From Candidatus Binatia bacterium (GTDB lineage: Bacteria > Chloroflexota > Dormibacteria > Aeolococcales > Aeolococcaceae), in contig DASPQV010000016.1 in the NCBI GenBank assembly GCA_035624785.1, forward strand, positions 22,550-86,549: DNA of 64,000 nucleotides. Direction: 5' to 3'. The translations under genes were made by a program, and so were the position numbers. The notes below the pieces were generated by a model. The model was not told the DNA's origin. It did not search any database and worked only from the letters and a program-made list of their open reading frames with translations. This document shows, one piece after another, positions 40,193 to 49,224 of this stretch (positions within the stretch are counted from its first letter, which is position 1; every line of letters starts with the position of its first letter).

Positions 40193-40639
40193 GTGATCGT
40201 CAGAATCCCACGTGTGCCCAGCGTCTTCAGCCGGATCATCGCCGGCGAGCTTCCCGGCCACTTCGTCTGGAAGGACGGTGACTGCGTCGCGTTCCTCTCC
40301 AACCGCCCGGTGCGTCCGGGCCACACCCTCGTCGTGCCACGGCTGGAGGTCGACCGCTGGCTCGACCTCGAGCCCGAGCTGCTCAGCCACCTCATGTTGG
40401 TGGCCCAGAAGCTCGGCACAGCCATCCAGCACGGCTTCGGCGCGGTCAGGGTAGGGCTGACCATCGCCGGCCACGAGGTGCCCCACGCCCACATCCACCT
40501 CGTTCCGATCCACTCGCTGGGGGCCCTCGACTACACGCGGGTGGACCCCGGCCCGCGGGCCGCTGACCTGGAGATGGCCGCCGAGACCATCAGGGCATCG
40601 CTCCGGGCCCTGGGCATCTCCGAGCCGGGCGGCGTCTGA
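40193..40639 (+). CDS. HIT-family (histidine triad) hydrolase
   Basis: VFSRIIAGELPG..HTLVVP..HAHIHLVP. Confidence 0.8.
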   Translation: MIVRIPRVPSVFSRIIAGELPGHFVWKDGDCVAFLSNRPVRPGHTLVVPRLEVDRWLDLEPELLSHLMLVAQKLGTAIQHGFGAVRVGLTIAGHEVPHAHIHLVPIHSLGALDYTRVDPGPRAADLEMAAETIRASLRALGISEPGGV

Positions 40640-40834
40640 CCAGGTGGTCATCGTCCGGCCGGCAACGGCCGCCGACCGCGACTGGATCGCCACCACGGCG
40701 CGGGCACGGTGGCACGGTGACACGGTGGTCTTGGGCGCAAACGTGCACCAGCTCAAGCCCTCGATCCCGCCCACCGGCGATCAGGGCATCCCCATCCACG
40801 ACGAGATCGAGCTGGAGCTCGACCTCGGTGGCGG

Positions 40835-41338
40835 TCAGTAGCCGACCGCCCCGTCGATCCGTTCCCGGATCAGGTCGGCGTGGCCGTTGTGGCGGGAATA
40901 CTCCTCGATAAGGTGGACGAGGATCCAGCGCAGCGAGACCTCCCGGCCTGTCCGCTGGCGCCCCGTGTCATCCAGGCCCCTGGCCGCCACGATCTCACGG
41001 GATCGGCCGCACTCGGCTCGCCAGGCGGCCATGGTGGCGTCCAGGTCGGCCCCGTCGATGTCGTCGAAGTCAGCGTCGGGATCCGCCTCGGAGCTGTAGA
41101 GGTCGGGCACCTCCTCCCCCATCAGCGTCCGCCGGAACCAGCCGCGCTCCACCTCGGTCAGGTGGCGGACCAGTCCCAGCAGCGACAGCTTGGAGGGCGC
41201 CGCTGCGCGGATTCGCAGCTGCTCGACCGACAGGCCTTCGCACTTGCGGGCCAGGGTGGCACGCTGCCAGTCCAGGAACGAGACCAGGGTGGTGCGCTCG
41301 TCGGCGACCCGCGGCAGGCTCTCGTAGTCAGCGGTCAC
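40835..41338 (-). CDS. DinB/DUF664 (mycothiol-dependent isomerase-like) family protein
   Basis: The C-terminus LRWILVHLIEEYSRHNGHADLIRERIDG is typical of DUF664/DinB_2. Confidence 0.65.
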   Translation of the reverse strand: MTADYESLPRVADERTTLVSFLDWQRATLARKCEGLSVEQLRIRAAAPSKLSLLGLVRHLTEVERGWFRRTLMGEEVPDLYSSEADPDADFDDIDGADLDATMAAWRAECGRSREIVAARGLDDTGRQRTGREVSLRWILVHLIEEYSRHNGHADLIRERIDGAVGY

Positions 41339-41369
41339 GGGCGTTCATCCAGGTTCCCGGATCCTGGCG

Positions 41370-41957
41370 TCACCGACGGCGTTCGAGGCTCAGGTCCTGC
41401 GCCCCCCGCGCGCTGGGAGGCGGGGGCGGCGGGGGTGGCGTGGCCGGAAGCTCGCCGCGCGATTCCCCGGCCTGGCCGTCTTTCCGGGTGCCGCCCAGCA
41501 TCCTCTGGAATATGAACTGGAGGACCAGCGGCAGCAAGATGGCGAAGACCCCGGTCAGGAAGGTGGTCGCGTTGGGCAGGTTGGCCTCGTTGGAGAGGCC
41601 GATGTAGCAGAAGAGGGCGGTCACGAACGAGGCGGCGATGATCACCGACATCCCGCCGATCAGCACCATGTCCTGGTTGATCTCCGACGCCAGGGCGTGC
41701 TCGCTGAAGCGGCGTTGGAAGAGGCGGTAGATCTTGAGGCCGATCCAGCTGTTCAGCATCATCCCGCTGACGAAGGCGAGGATTGCGATGGTCCAGCGAA
41801 AGGCGGCCAGGTGCCTCTCGATGAAGACTGCGATGTTGACCACGATCAGGCCGACCGGGGTGACGGCGCCCAGCACCGGGATCAGCCAGCGGCGGAGCCG
41901 GCTGGGGCGCCGCCGAAGCGGGAGGGACAGAGACGGACGCCCGGGGAATCGAGCCAT
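41370..41957 (-). CDS. Hypothetical integral membrane protein (4 TM) with C-terminal poly-Pro tract
   Basis: Hydrophobic segments with protein-like composition. Ends in ..PPPPPPPPSARG.. Confidence 0.45.
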   Translation of the reverse strand: MARFPGRPSLSLPLRRRPSRLRRWLIPVLGAVTPVGLIVVNIAVFIERHLAAFRWTIAILAFVSGMMLNSWIGLKIYRLFQRRFSEHALASEINQDMVLIGGMSVIIAASFVTALFCYIGLSNEANLPNATTFLTGVFAILLPLVLQFIFQRMLGGTRKDGQAGESRGELPATPPPPPPPPSARGAQDLSLERRR

Positions 41958-42000
41958 CGCCCGCTAGCGTAGGCTTTCGCGGGCCAGTTGAAACGCCGGA

Positions 42001-42474
42001 GTGGCGCGGCTGCCGCATCGGTCCGTCTACTGGCAAGGCGCACTGGGCACTGGCACAATCAGCCCCGTGTCGGAGGTCTCCGATCTCGAGCAGGCGGTGG
42101 CTGACGCCGTCGAGACGCTGACCGCGCCTGCCGATGCCCATCCGGGCAGCGCCAGGCTGGTGGGCCTCGCGGGCGAGGGGGCGGTCAGGGCATTGCGGCG
42201 GTTCCAGGCGCACCCGGCATCCCGCCGCCCCGGTGAGGGCGGCCCCGACCCTCTCAAGGAGCTCCGCCACGACGTGAGAGCGGCGGCCCAGACCGTGCTG
42301 GCGGAGCTGGAGCTGATTGCGCTGGGCTGGCCCTCCTGGGACGACAGCACCCGTGACGGGATGCTCGGCGAGCTGGCCGACGCCTGCCGGCTTCTCGACG
42401 GGCTGGTGGACCGCTGCGTCGGCGACGGCGAAGCGGGTGTCGGGCCTCCCCCCGAGGCCGGTGGTCCAGCCTGA
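42001..42474 (+). CDS. Hypothetical protein
   Basis: 157-aa ORF. No domain recognised. Start uncertain. Confidence 0.3.
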   Translation: MARLPHRSVYWQGALGTGTISPVSEVSDLEQAVADAVETLTAPADAHPGSARLVGLAGEGAVRALRRFQAHPASRRPGEGGPDPLKELRHDVRAAAQTVLAELELIALGWPSWDDSTRDGMLGELADACRLLDGLVDRCVGDGEAGVGPPPEAGGPA

Positions 42475-42585
42475 GCTTCCCCACCAGGGCGGCCGTGAGA
42501 GTGCCCGCAGCTTGGAGAGCGTCAACCGGAGTGGTGGCACCGGGACGCGGATCGGGCCGCGGCCCTGGCCGCGATCCCGTCCGCC

Positions 42586-43551
42586 TCAGGTGCCGATCTG
42601 GTCTGCGGGCACAGTTCCCAGGCGGCCGGCCCGGTAGTCCTCGAAGGCCTGGACAAGCTCGTCCCGGCGGTTCATCACGAACGGCCCGTAGGCTGCGACC
42701 GGCTCCCGGATCGGCTCGCCGCCAAGGACCAGCGTGTCCAGAGCCGGGGCGCGGCTCTCCTGATCCGGCGACGCTGACAGGGTCACCCAGTCGCCGGGGC
42801 CGAGCACCGCGAGCTGGCCGGTTCGAACCGGCACGCGACGCTCTCCCACGGCTCCCTCGCCCGAGAGCACATAGACCAGAGCATTGAAATCGCGGCGCCA
42901 GGGCAGCTCGAGCATCGCTCCCGGCGTCAGGGTGGCATGGACCATGGCCATCGGGGTGTGGGTAACCCCGGGGCCCTGGTGGCCGTCGACGTCGCCGGCT
43001 ATCACTCGCACCAGGCTCGCCCCATCAGCCGAGGAGACTAGGGTCACTCGCTGGGCGCCGATGTCCTGGTAGCGGGGTGGAACCCACTTCTTGGCGGCGG
43101 GCAGGTTGACCCAGAGCTGGATCCCATGGAACAGCCCCCCGCTCGCCACCAGCTCCTCGGGAGGCTGCTCGATGTGCAGGATGCCGGCACCGGCGGTCAT
43201 CCATTGGGTGGCGCCGTTGGTGATGAGGCCGCCGCCGCCGGTGGAGTCCCGGTGCCGGAAGGTGCCGTCGATCATGTAGGTGACGGTCTCGAAACCGCGG
43301 TGGGGATGCCAGGGAGTCCCCTTGGGCTCGCCGGGCGCGTACTCGACCTCTCCCATCTGGTCCATGTGGACGAAGGGGTCGAGCTGGGCCAGGTCCACGC
43401 CGGCGAAGGCGCGCCGCACCGGGAAGCCCTCGCCCTCGAGCCCGGACGGGGCCGAGGTCACGGAGACGACCGGACGGGCGATCGATACGGTCCGATCGGG
43501 GGTGGAAACACGGGGCAGGACGAGGAGGTCGGGGACGCTGACGGCGGGCAT
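42586..43551 (-). CDS. Pirin-family protein (bicupin)
   Basis: Pirin motifs (PWHPHRGFETVTYMIDG..HRDS.G). ATG 43551 follows a GGGAGAG ribosome-binding site. The upstream ORF extension is discarded. Confidence 0.8.
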   Translation of the reverse strand: MPAVSVPDLLVLPRVSTPDRTVSIARPVVSVTSAPSGLEGEGFPVRRAFAGVDLAQLDPFVHMDQMGEVEYAPGEPKGTPWHPHRGFETVTYMIDGTFRHRDSTGGGGLITNGATQWMTAGAGILHIEQPPEELVASGGLFHGIQLWVNLPAAKKWVPPRYQDIGAQRVTLVSSADGASLVRVIAGDVDGHQGPGVTHTPMAMVHATLTPGAMLELPWRRDFNALVYVLSGEGAVGERRVPVRTGQLAVLGPGDWVTLSASPDQESRAPALDTLVLGGEPIREPVAAYGPFVMNRRDELVQAFEDYRAGRLGTVPADQIGT

Positions 43552-43650
43552 GGGCTCTCCCGGGTCGGGTGGGTGCTGCTCGCAGGGTATACCCCAGATC
43601 GTTGCTCGGTCAACCATCTCGCCGCCCCAGGCCGATGGGATACTCCGGGC

Positions 43651-44544
43651 GTGACGGTGGAGCGGGCCCGGCGGTCGCGGCAACCTCTGGAGGGGGTGAT
43701 CCTGGGCGACAACCTCGAGGTCCTGAGCCGGCTTCCCGATGGCTGCCTCGACCTGATCTACATCGACCCGCCCTTCGGCAGCGGGCAGCGACGCCGGCTG
43801 GCCTCGATCCGGACGGGGGACGGGGAGCAGACCAGGGTGGGCTTCGGCGGGCGCACCTATCGCTGGAGGACGGTCTCGGTCCACGAGTACCGGGACGACC
43901 TGGACCTCGACGCCTACCTGGCTTTCCTGGCCCCCCGGCTGACCGAGATGCACCGCGCGCTCGCCCCTCGGGGGTCGCTCTACATCCACCTCGACCACCA
44001 CGCCGTCCACCACGTCCGGCTCCTGCTCGACAGCATCTTCGGCGCAGACCGGTTCCTCAACGAGATCATCTGGGCCTACGACTACGGCGGCCGATCCCGC
44101 GACCGTTGGGCGCGCAAGCACGACAACATCCTCTGGTACGCGCGGTCGGCGAGCTGGGTCTTCAACCGTGATGCGGTCGACCGCATTCCCTACCTGGCAC
44201 CCGGGCTGGTGGGGCTGGAGAAGGCGGCACGCGGCAAGCTGCCCACCGACGTGTGGTGGATGACGATCGTGCCCACCAGCGGCAGCGAGCGCACCGGTTA
44301 CCCAACCCAGAAGCCGCTGCGGCTGCTGGAGCGGATCGTCGCGGCATCCAGCAACCCCGGCGATCTGGTCGCTGACTTCTTCGGCGGCTCAGGCACCACC
44401 GCGGTGGCAGCGGCGCGGCTGGGCCGGCGCCACCTCATCGTCGACACCAACCCCGAGGCGGTCCGGATCACCGAGATGCGGCTGGCCGCGGTGTCCAAGG
44501 CGGTTCTCGACCCGGTCAAACCCCAGGGTCACGAGATCGGGTGA
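43651..44544 (+). CDS. Beta-class DNA methyltransferase (N6-adenine/N4-cytosine, PF01555-type), no cognate restriction enzyme nearby
   Basis: Motif IV YIDPPFGSG lies before motif I DFFGGSGTTAVAA. GTG 43651 is in frame. The stop overlaps the next gene as GTGA. Confidence 0.75.
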   Translation: MTVERARRSRQPLEGVILGDNLEVLSRLPDGCLDLIYIDPPFGSGQRRRLASIRTGDGEQTRVGFGGRTYRWRTVSVHEYRDDLDLDAYLAFLAPRLTEMHRALAPRGSLYIHLDHHAVHHVRLLLDSIFGADRFLNEIIWAYDYGGRSRDRWARKHDNILWYARSASWVFNRDAVDRIPYLAPGLVGLEKAARGKLPTDVWWMTIVPTSGSERTGYPTQKPLRLLERIVAASSNPGDLVADFFGGSGTTAVAAARLGRRHLIVDTNPEAVRITEMRLAAVSKAVLDPVKPQGHEIG

Positions 44545-45845
44545 GGACTGCTCCGTTGAGCACAGCCACCGAACCGAAAGCCGTCGAGCCGTTCGTGGTC
44601 ATGGCCAAGCCCGTCGGCCCGGTGTGCAACCTGGCCTGCGAGTACTGCTATTACCTGTCCAAGCGAGCCCTCTTCCCGCGTGGTGAGCGCTTCCGGATGA
44701 GCGGCGAGGTCCTGGAGGCCTACGTCCGCTGCTTCATCGCAGCGAGCCCCGGCCCGATCGTCCATTTCGTCTGGCACGGCGGGGAGCCGACCCTGGCCGG
44801 GATCGACTTCTACCGCCAGGCGCTGGAGCTGCAGCGCCGTCACCTGCCCGAGGGCTGGACCTGCCTCAACAACCTGCAGACCAACGGGACGCTGCTGGAC
44901 GACGACTGGTGCGGCTTCCTTGCCGAGCACCGCTTCACCGTCGGCCTGAGCATCGACGGCCCCGCTCGGCTCCACGACGCCGGCCGGCCGGACCGTCGGG
45001 GACGGCCCAGCCACCGCCGGGTGATGGAGGGGATGCGCGCCCTCCGGGCCCACGGCATCGAGCCCGACATCCTCTGCACCCTCAACGCGCGGACGGCGGC
45101 CGCACCCCTCGAGGTGTACCGCTTCTTCGTCGAGCAACGGGTGCGATGGCTGCAGTTTCTGCCCGTGCTCGCCCGCGACCGGGCCGGCACTCCCTCCGCC
45201 TGGTCGGTGTCCCCGGAGGCGATGGGCACCTTTCTGTGCACCGTCTTCGACGAGTGGATCCGCCACGACGTCGGCAGCCTGGGGGTGCAGAACTTCCTCG
45301 AACCTCTGCTGGTGGTGAGCGGCAGGCCCGCCAACCTCTGCATCATGTCGGAGACCTGCGGCCGCGCCCTGGCCCTCGAGCACGACGGCAGCGTCTACTC
45401 CTGCGACCACTTCGTGGATACCGGGCACCGCCTCGGCAGCGTCGTCGACGCCGATCTCGGAACCCTCGTCGAGGGACATCGCCAGACCGCATTCGGAGCT
45501 GCCAAGCGCGATTCGCTGCCGCCCGGATGCCTGCGCTGCCAGGTCGGATTCCTCTGCCGCGGTGGCTGTCCCAAGGATCGGTTCTGGGCGAGCCCCGGCG
45601 GCGGTCCGCCTCTCAACGGGCTGTGCGGCGGCTATTACGCCTTCTACAGGCACGCCCTCCCCCACCTCGAGCGCATGGCCGCGCTGAGCCGCGCCGGACG
45701 ACCGGTCACCCAGATCATGAGCGAGCTCGAGGCTGAGGAGGCCGAGGAGCGCCGGCGCTGGCGGAACGCCTCGCGCAACGACCCCTGCCCCTGCGGCAGC
45801 GGGTTCAAGTACAAACGCTGCTGCCTGCCCGCCCGGCGGGACTGA
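44541..45845 (+). CDS. Radical SAM/SPASM maturase of the anaerobic sulfatase-maturating enzyme (anSME) family with C-terminal SEC-C zinc-ribbon tail
   Basis: CNLACEYC radical-SAM cluster and WHGGEPTL. C-terminal SPASM cysteines (CDHF..CLRCQVGFLCRGGCPKD). Terminal ..NDPCPCGSGFKYKRCC SEC-C motif. Confidence 0.8.
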   Translation: MRTAPLSTATEPKAVEPFVVMAKPVGPVCNLACEYCYYLSKRALFPRGERFRMSGEVLEAYVRCFIAASPGPIVHFVWHGGEPTLAGIDFYRQALELQRRHLPEGWTCLNNLQTNGTLLDDDWCGFLAEHRFTVGLSIDGPARLHDAGRPDRRGRPSHRRVMEGMRALRAHGIEPDILCTLNARTAAAPLEVYRFFVEQRVRWLQFLPVLARDRAGTPSAWSVSPEAMGTFLCTVFDEWIRHDVGSLGVQNFLEPLLVVSGRPANLCIMSETCGRALALEHDGSVYSCDHFVDTGHRLGSVVDADLGTLVEGHRQTAFGAAKRDSLPPGCLRCQVGFLCRGGCPKDRFWASPGGGPPLNGLCGGYYAFYRHALPHLERMAALSRAGRPVTQIMSELEAEEAEERRRWRNASRNDPCPCGSGFKYKRCCLPARRD

Positions 45846-45860
45846 TCGGCTGTCCCGGGG

Positions 45861-46883
45861 TCAGTGGCTGAAATCGAGGACGAGCCGGCCCCGGACTCCG
45901 CCCGCCGCGAGCAGCCGGTGAGCCTCCGCCGCCTGCTCCACGGGAAGCACCCGGGCCACCCGCAGGGTGAGAGCGCCGGCCTCGGCCAGCTCGCGGAGGC
46001 GGTCCAGCGCGGCGGTGTTCCGGGCCTCGCGGATCACCTGGATGGGATGGACCCGGATGTCCCTGCCCACCTCGCCGCTCCAGCCTCGGAGGGTGACCAG
46101 CACGCCCCCGCTCCGAATCGCCGCGGCAACCCGCTCGTTGAGCAGGGCACCGTCGGCCACGCCATCGACCCCCTCCGGGACCAGGGCTCGGATCCGCTCG
46201 GCCAGGTGATCTCCTCGCGTCACCACCTCGTCGGCGCCGAGCCGCCGCACCAGGTCCTCATCCATCGGCGACGCATCGGCGATCACCCGCGCCGCCGCCA
46301 CCTTGGCGAGCTGGATCACGTACCCGCCGAAGGCGCCCGCCGCCCCGGTCACCGCCAGCGTCTGGCCCTCCGACCGGCCCAGGCGCTCCATGGCCAGCGA
46401 GGCGGTGAGCCCGTTCATGGGCAGGGTCGACGCCTCCGCGAAGCTGGCTCCCGCCGGGATCCGCGCCACCGACTCGGCTGGGACGACGACCTCCTCGGCG
46501 TAGGCGCCACCATGGGAACGCGACGCCGGTACCACGATCGCCATCACCGCGTCCCCCACCCGCCAGCCGTGCACACCCGCCCCGACGGCGCTGATCGTTC
46601 CGGCGGCATCCATGCCGGGGACGTGGGGAGGTGAGAGGCCCCGGAAGCGCTGCGGAGGCAACCCGGAGCGGAACGCCAGGTCGGTGGGATTGACGGCGGC
46701 GCAGCGGACGCTGATGCGCACCTCTCCCGGGCCGGGCCACGGCTCGGGCAGCTCCACGACCCGAAGCGCCTCCGGGCCGCCGAACTCGACGACGCCGACC
46801 GCTCGCACGGCGAGAGCATGGCGCAGTGAAGCCGCCCCCTGCCTGGCGGCGCTCGCCCGATCGGCGGTGGCACGCGGGGGCAC
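45861..46883 (-). CDS. Zinc-independent medium-chain dehydrogenase/NADPH:quinone oxidoreductase family protein (probable true start at internal GTG ~46808)
   Basis: Contains VGVVEFGGPEALRVVELPEPWPGPGEVRISV.. and GAAGAFGGYVIQLAK. Confidence 0.75.
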   Translation of the reverse strand: MPPRATADRASAARQGAASLRHALAVRAVGVVEFGGPEALRVVELPEPWPGPGEVRISVRCAAVNPTDLAFRSGLPPQRFRGLSPPHVPGMDAAGTISAVGAGVHGWRVGDAVMAIVVPASRSHGGAYAEEVVVPAESVARIPAGASFAEASTLPMNGLTASLAMERLGRSEGQTLAVTGAAGAFGGYVIQLAKVAAARVIADASPMDEDLVRRLGADEVVTRGDHLAERIRALVPEGVDGVADGALLNERVAAAIRSGGVLVTLRGWSGEVGRDIRVHPIQVIREARNTAALDRLRELAEAGALTLRVARVLPVEQAAEAHRLLAAGGVRGRLVLDFSH

Positions 46884-46977
46884 CCGGTTCCCCTAGGATT
46901 CCGCCAACCGCCCGAGGCGGCCCGCTCAGGCTGCGTCACGAGCCCTGCGCCCGCCCCACCCACCGAGGAAGCCATCG

Positions 46978-48225
46978 ATGCGCTGGAGCCTTCCCGTCTC
47001 CGAGCTCCCCACCACCTGGTTCAACGTGCTGCCCCGGCTCAAGGAGCCGCTGGCGCCACCCCTCCATCCGGCGACCCGTGAGCCCGCGGGTCCCGATGAC
47101 CTGGCCCCGCTCTTTCCCATGGCCCTGATCGCCCAGGAGGTGTCGACCGATCCCTACATCGACATCCCCGGCGAGGTGCTCGACGTCCTCCGGCTGTGGC
47201 GGCCGACACCGCTCATCCGCGCCGAGCGTCTCGAGAAGGCCCTGGGGACGCCGGCCAGGATCTACTTCAAGGACGAGTCGGTCTCGCCGGCGGGCTCCCA
47301 CAAGCCCAACACCGCGGTGCCCCAGGCCTTCTACAACAAGCAGGAGGGGGCCTCGCGGCTGACCACCGAGACCGGCGCGGGCCAGTGGGGAAGCGCGCTC
47401 GCGTTCGCCTCCGCCTTCTACGGGCTGGAGTGCAAGGTCTACATGGTGCGGACCTCCTACAACCAGAAGCCCTACCGCCGGGTCCTGATCGAGACCTGGG
47501 GCGGCTCGGTCGTCCCCTCGCCGGTCGACCAGCCCGAGCACCCGGGGACCCTGGGGATGGCGATCAGCGACGCGGTGCGGGACGCCGTCTCACGCGCCGA
47601 CACCCACTATTCGCTGGGGTCGGTGCTCAACCATGTGCTGCTCCATCAGACCGTGATCGGCCAGGAGGCGCAGGCCCAGCTCAAGCTCGCCGGGGAGGAC
47701 CACCCCGACGTGGTGGTGGCCTGCTGCGGCGGTGGTTCCAACCTCGGTGGGATCAGCCTTCCCTTCGTCCCCGACGAGAGGGTGCGCCTCGTGGCTGCGG
47801 AACCGTCCGCGTGCCCGACCCTGACCCGGGGCCGCTACGAGTACGACTTCGGGGACACCGCCGGGCTTACCCCGCTGCTCCTCATGTACACCCTGGGCCA
47901 CGACTTCGTGCCGCCCTCGATCCACGCCGGCGGCCTGCGCTACCACGGGGACTCCCCGATCATCTGCAACCTGGTGCACTCCGGCCGGATGGAGGCCGTC
48001 GCCCACCCCCAGTCAGCCACCTTCGACGCAGCGGTCCAGTGGGCCCGCACCCAGGGCACCATCCCCGCCCCCGAGACGGGCCACGCCATCCGGGCGGTCA
48101 TCGACGAGGCCCTCAAGGCCAAGGAGGAGGGCAAGGAGCGGGTGATCCTCTTCAACTATTCGGGCCACGGGCTCCTCGACCTGTCGGCCTACGACGACTA
48201 CCACGGTGGGAGGCTGTCGGACTGA
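46978..48225 (+). CDS. TrpB2-type tryptophan synthase beta-like PLP enzyme
   Basis: Contains [55 protein letters not shown].. Confidence 0.85.
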   Translation: MRWSLPVSELPTTWFNVLPRLKEPLAPPLHPATREPAGPDDLAPLFPMALIAQEVSTDPYIDIPGEVLDVLRLWRPTPLIRAERLEKALGTPARIYFKDESVSPAGSHKPNTAVPQAFYNKQEGASRLTTETGAGQWGSALAFASAFYGLECKVYMVRTSYNQKPYRRVLIETWGGSVVPSPVDQPEHPGTLGMAISDAVRDAVSRADTHYSLGSVLNHVLLHQTVIGQEAQAQLKLAGEDHPDVVVACCGGGSNLGGISLPFVPDERVRLVAAEPSACPTLTRGRYEYDFGDTAGLTPLLLMYTLGHDFVPPSIHAGGLRYHGDSPIICNLVHSGRMEAVAHPQSATFDAAVQWARTQGTIPAPETGHAIRAVIDEALKAKEEGKERVILFNYSGHGLLDLSAYDDYHGGRLSD

Positions 48226-48363
48226 GGGCCCCGGGGAGAAGACCAGCCAGTGGGTGACCGCGGCACGATCCGGGTAGGTGTCGCGGGTGGGCAGGCGGGT
48301 TACGGGCCACGAGCCGGCCCGCGTCGGTGGACCGCCCGGGACAGGAGGTTTGATTCGAGGGCC

Positions 48364-48797
48364 GGGGCTGGGTACCATGGGATCGACAGGCGGCCGCTTC
48401 GCGGCCGCCCGCAATGCACACGAGGGGCCGTATGGATTCGACGGGATCGTGGGTCGCGTGATGGCGGGCCGAGCCCCGGGCTCGTAAAACCGGGAAACCA
48501 ATACGTGCGAATGACGCACCTGCTCTCGCCCTCGCCGCGTAAGCGGTAGAACGAGAAAAAGCTCAGGCTGCGGCCTGACGTCGACCCTCTCCTCGACCGC
48601 GGGGGAGGGAGCCGACGTTAATACCAGCGGGCTCGCCGGCCGGCGGCGTCACGGCGCCGGTCGGGACATCCACCGTGACTGGCTCCCGACGAGCCCGGTC
48701 CCAGGGCGCGCCGGGGGCGAGAGCAAAACCGGGACTACGCTCGTAGAGGTCACGCGGAACTCGGTTTCGCACGCGGGTTCGATTCCCGCCGGCTCCA
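48364..48797 (+). ncRNA. ssrA: tmRNA (SsrA); predicted tag ANDAPALALAA
   Basis: 5' end GGGGCTGGGTACCATGGGATCGACAGG. tRNA-like 3' end GCGGG-TTCGATT-CCCGC followed by CGGCTCC-A. G3:U70 alanine identity pair. In-frame tag gcg aat gac gca cct gct ctc gcc ctc gcc gcg taa at 48507..48542. Confidence 0.85.
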
Positions 48798-48881
48798 AGT
48801 TCTCGTCCAATGTGTCCAGATCATCGTCGAAGACATGGCCTCATCGCGTCGATACCAGCTGGAGAGACCTGGAGGACGAGG

Positions 48882-49187
48882 ATGGACGCAGACGAGAACC
48901 TGGGCACGCGGGTGATCCTGGAGAACGACCGGATCCGCGTCTGGGAGCACCGGATACCCGCCGGGCAGACGGGGCATCTCCACCTGCATCGCCGCCCCTA
49001 TCTCTCGGTCGTGATCACGGGGGGACGCGGCCAGACGGTGGGACCGGATGGGGCCAAGCTCGACAGCTTCCAGCTGCATCCCGGCGATGCCCTCTGGTAC
49101 GGAGCCGATCATCTGCCCGAGACCCACGCCTTCAGGAACGACGGCGATCACGACGTGATGCTGGTCACCACCGAGCTGCTGGCTTGA
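48882..49187 (+). CDS. Cupin-domain protein
   Basis: 101 aa from ATG 48882 with a GGAGGA ribosome-binding site. Two-His cupin motif (GHLHLHRRPYLSVVITG). Confidence 0.6.
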   Translation: MDADENLGTRVILENDRIRVWEHRIPAGQTGHLHLHRRPYLSVVITGGRGQTVGPDGAKLDSFQLHPGDALWYGADHLPETHAFRNDGDHDVMLVTTELLA

Positions 49188-49224
49188 CCACCCCGACCGC
49201 CGGGGAGAGGCGGCGGGAGCCGGG

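Noticed and set aside
41335-42540. 401-aa minus-strand ORF spanning the membrane-protein gene and the 42001 ORF
   Set aside because: It has a Pro/Arg/Gly-rich, non-protein-like composition and sits in the frame complementary to better candidates.
43651-44544. Restriction-modification system
   Set aside because: No endonuclease-like ORF flanks the methyltransferase. The neighbours are pirin and a radical-SAM maturase, so it is treated as an orphan or novel pairing instead.
48250-48797. Small ORFs (48250..48549, 48278..48487, 48563..48772) in the tmRNA region
   Set aside because: They lie inside a clearly recognisable ssrA gene.
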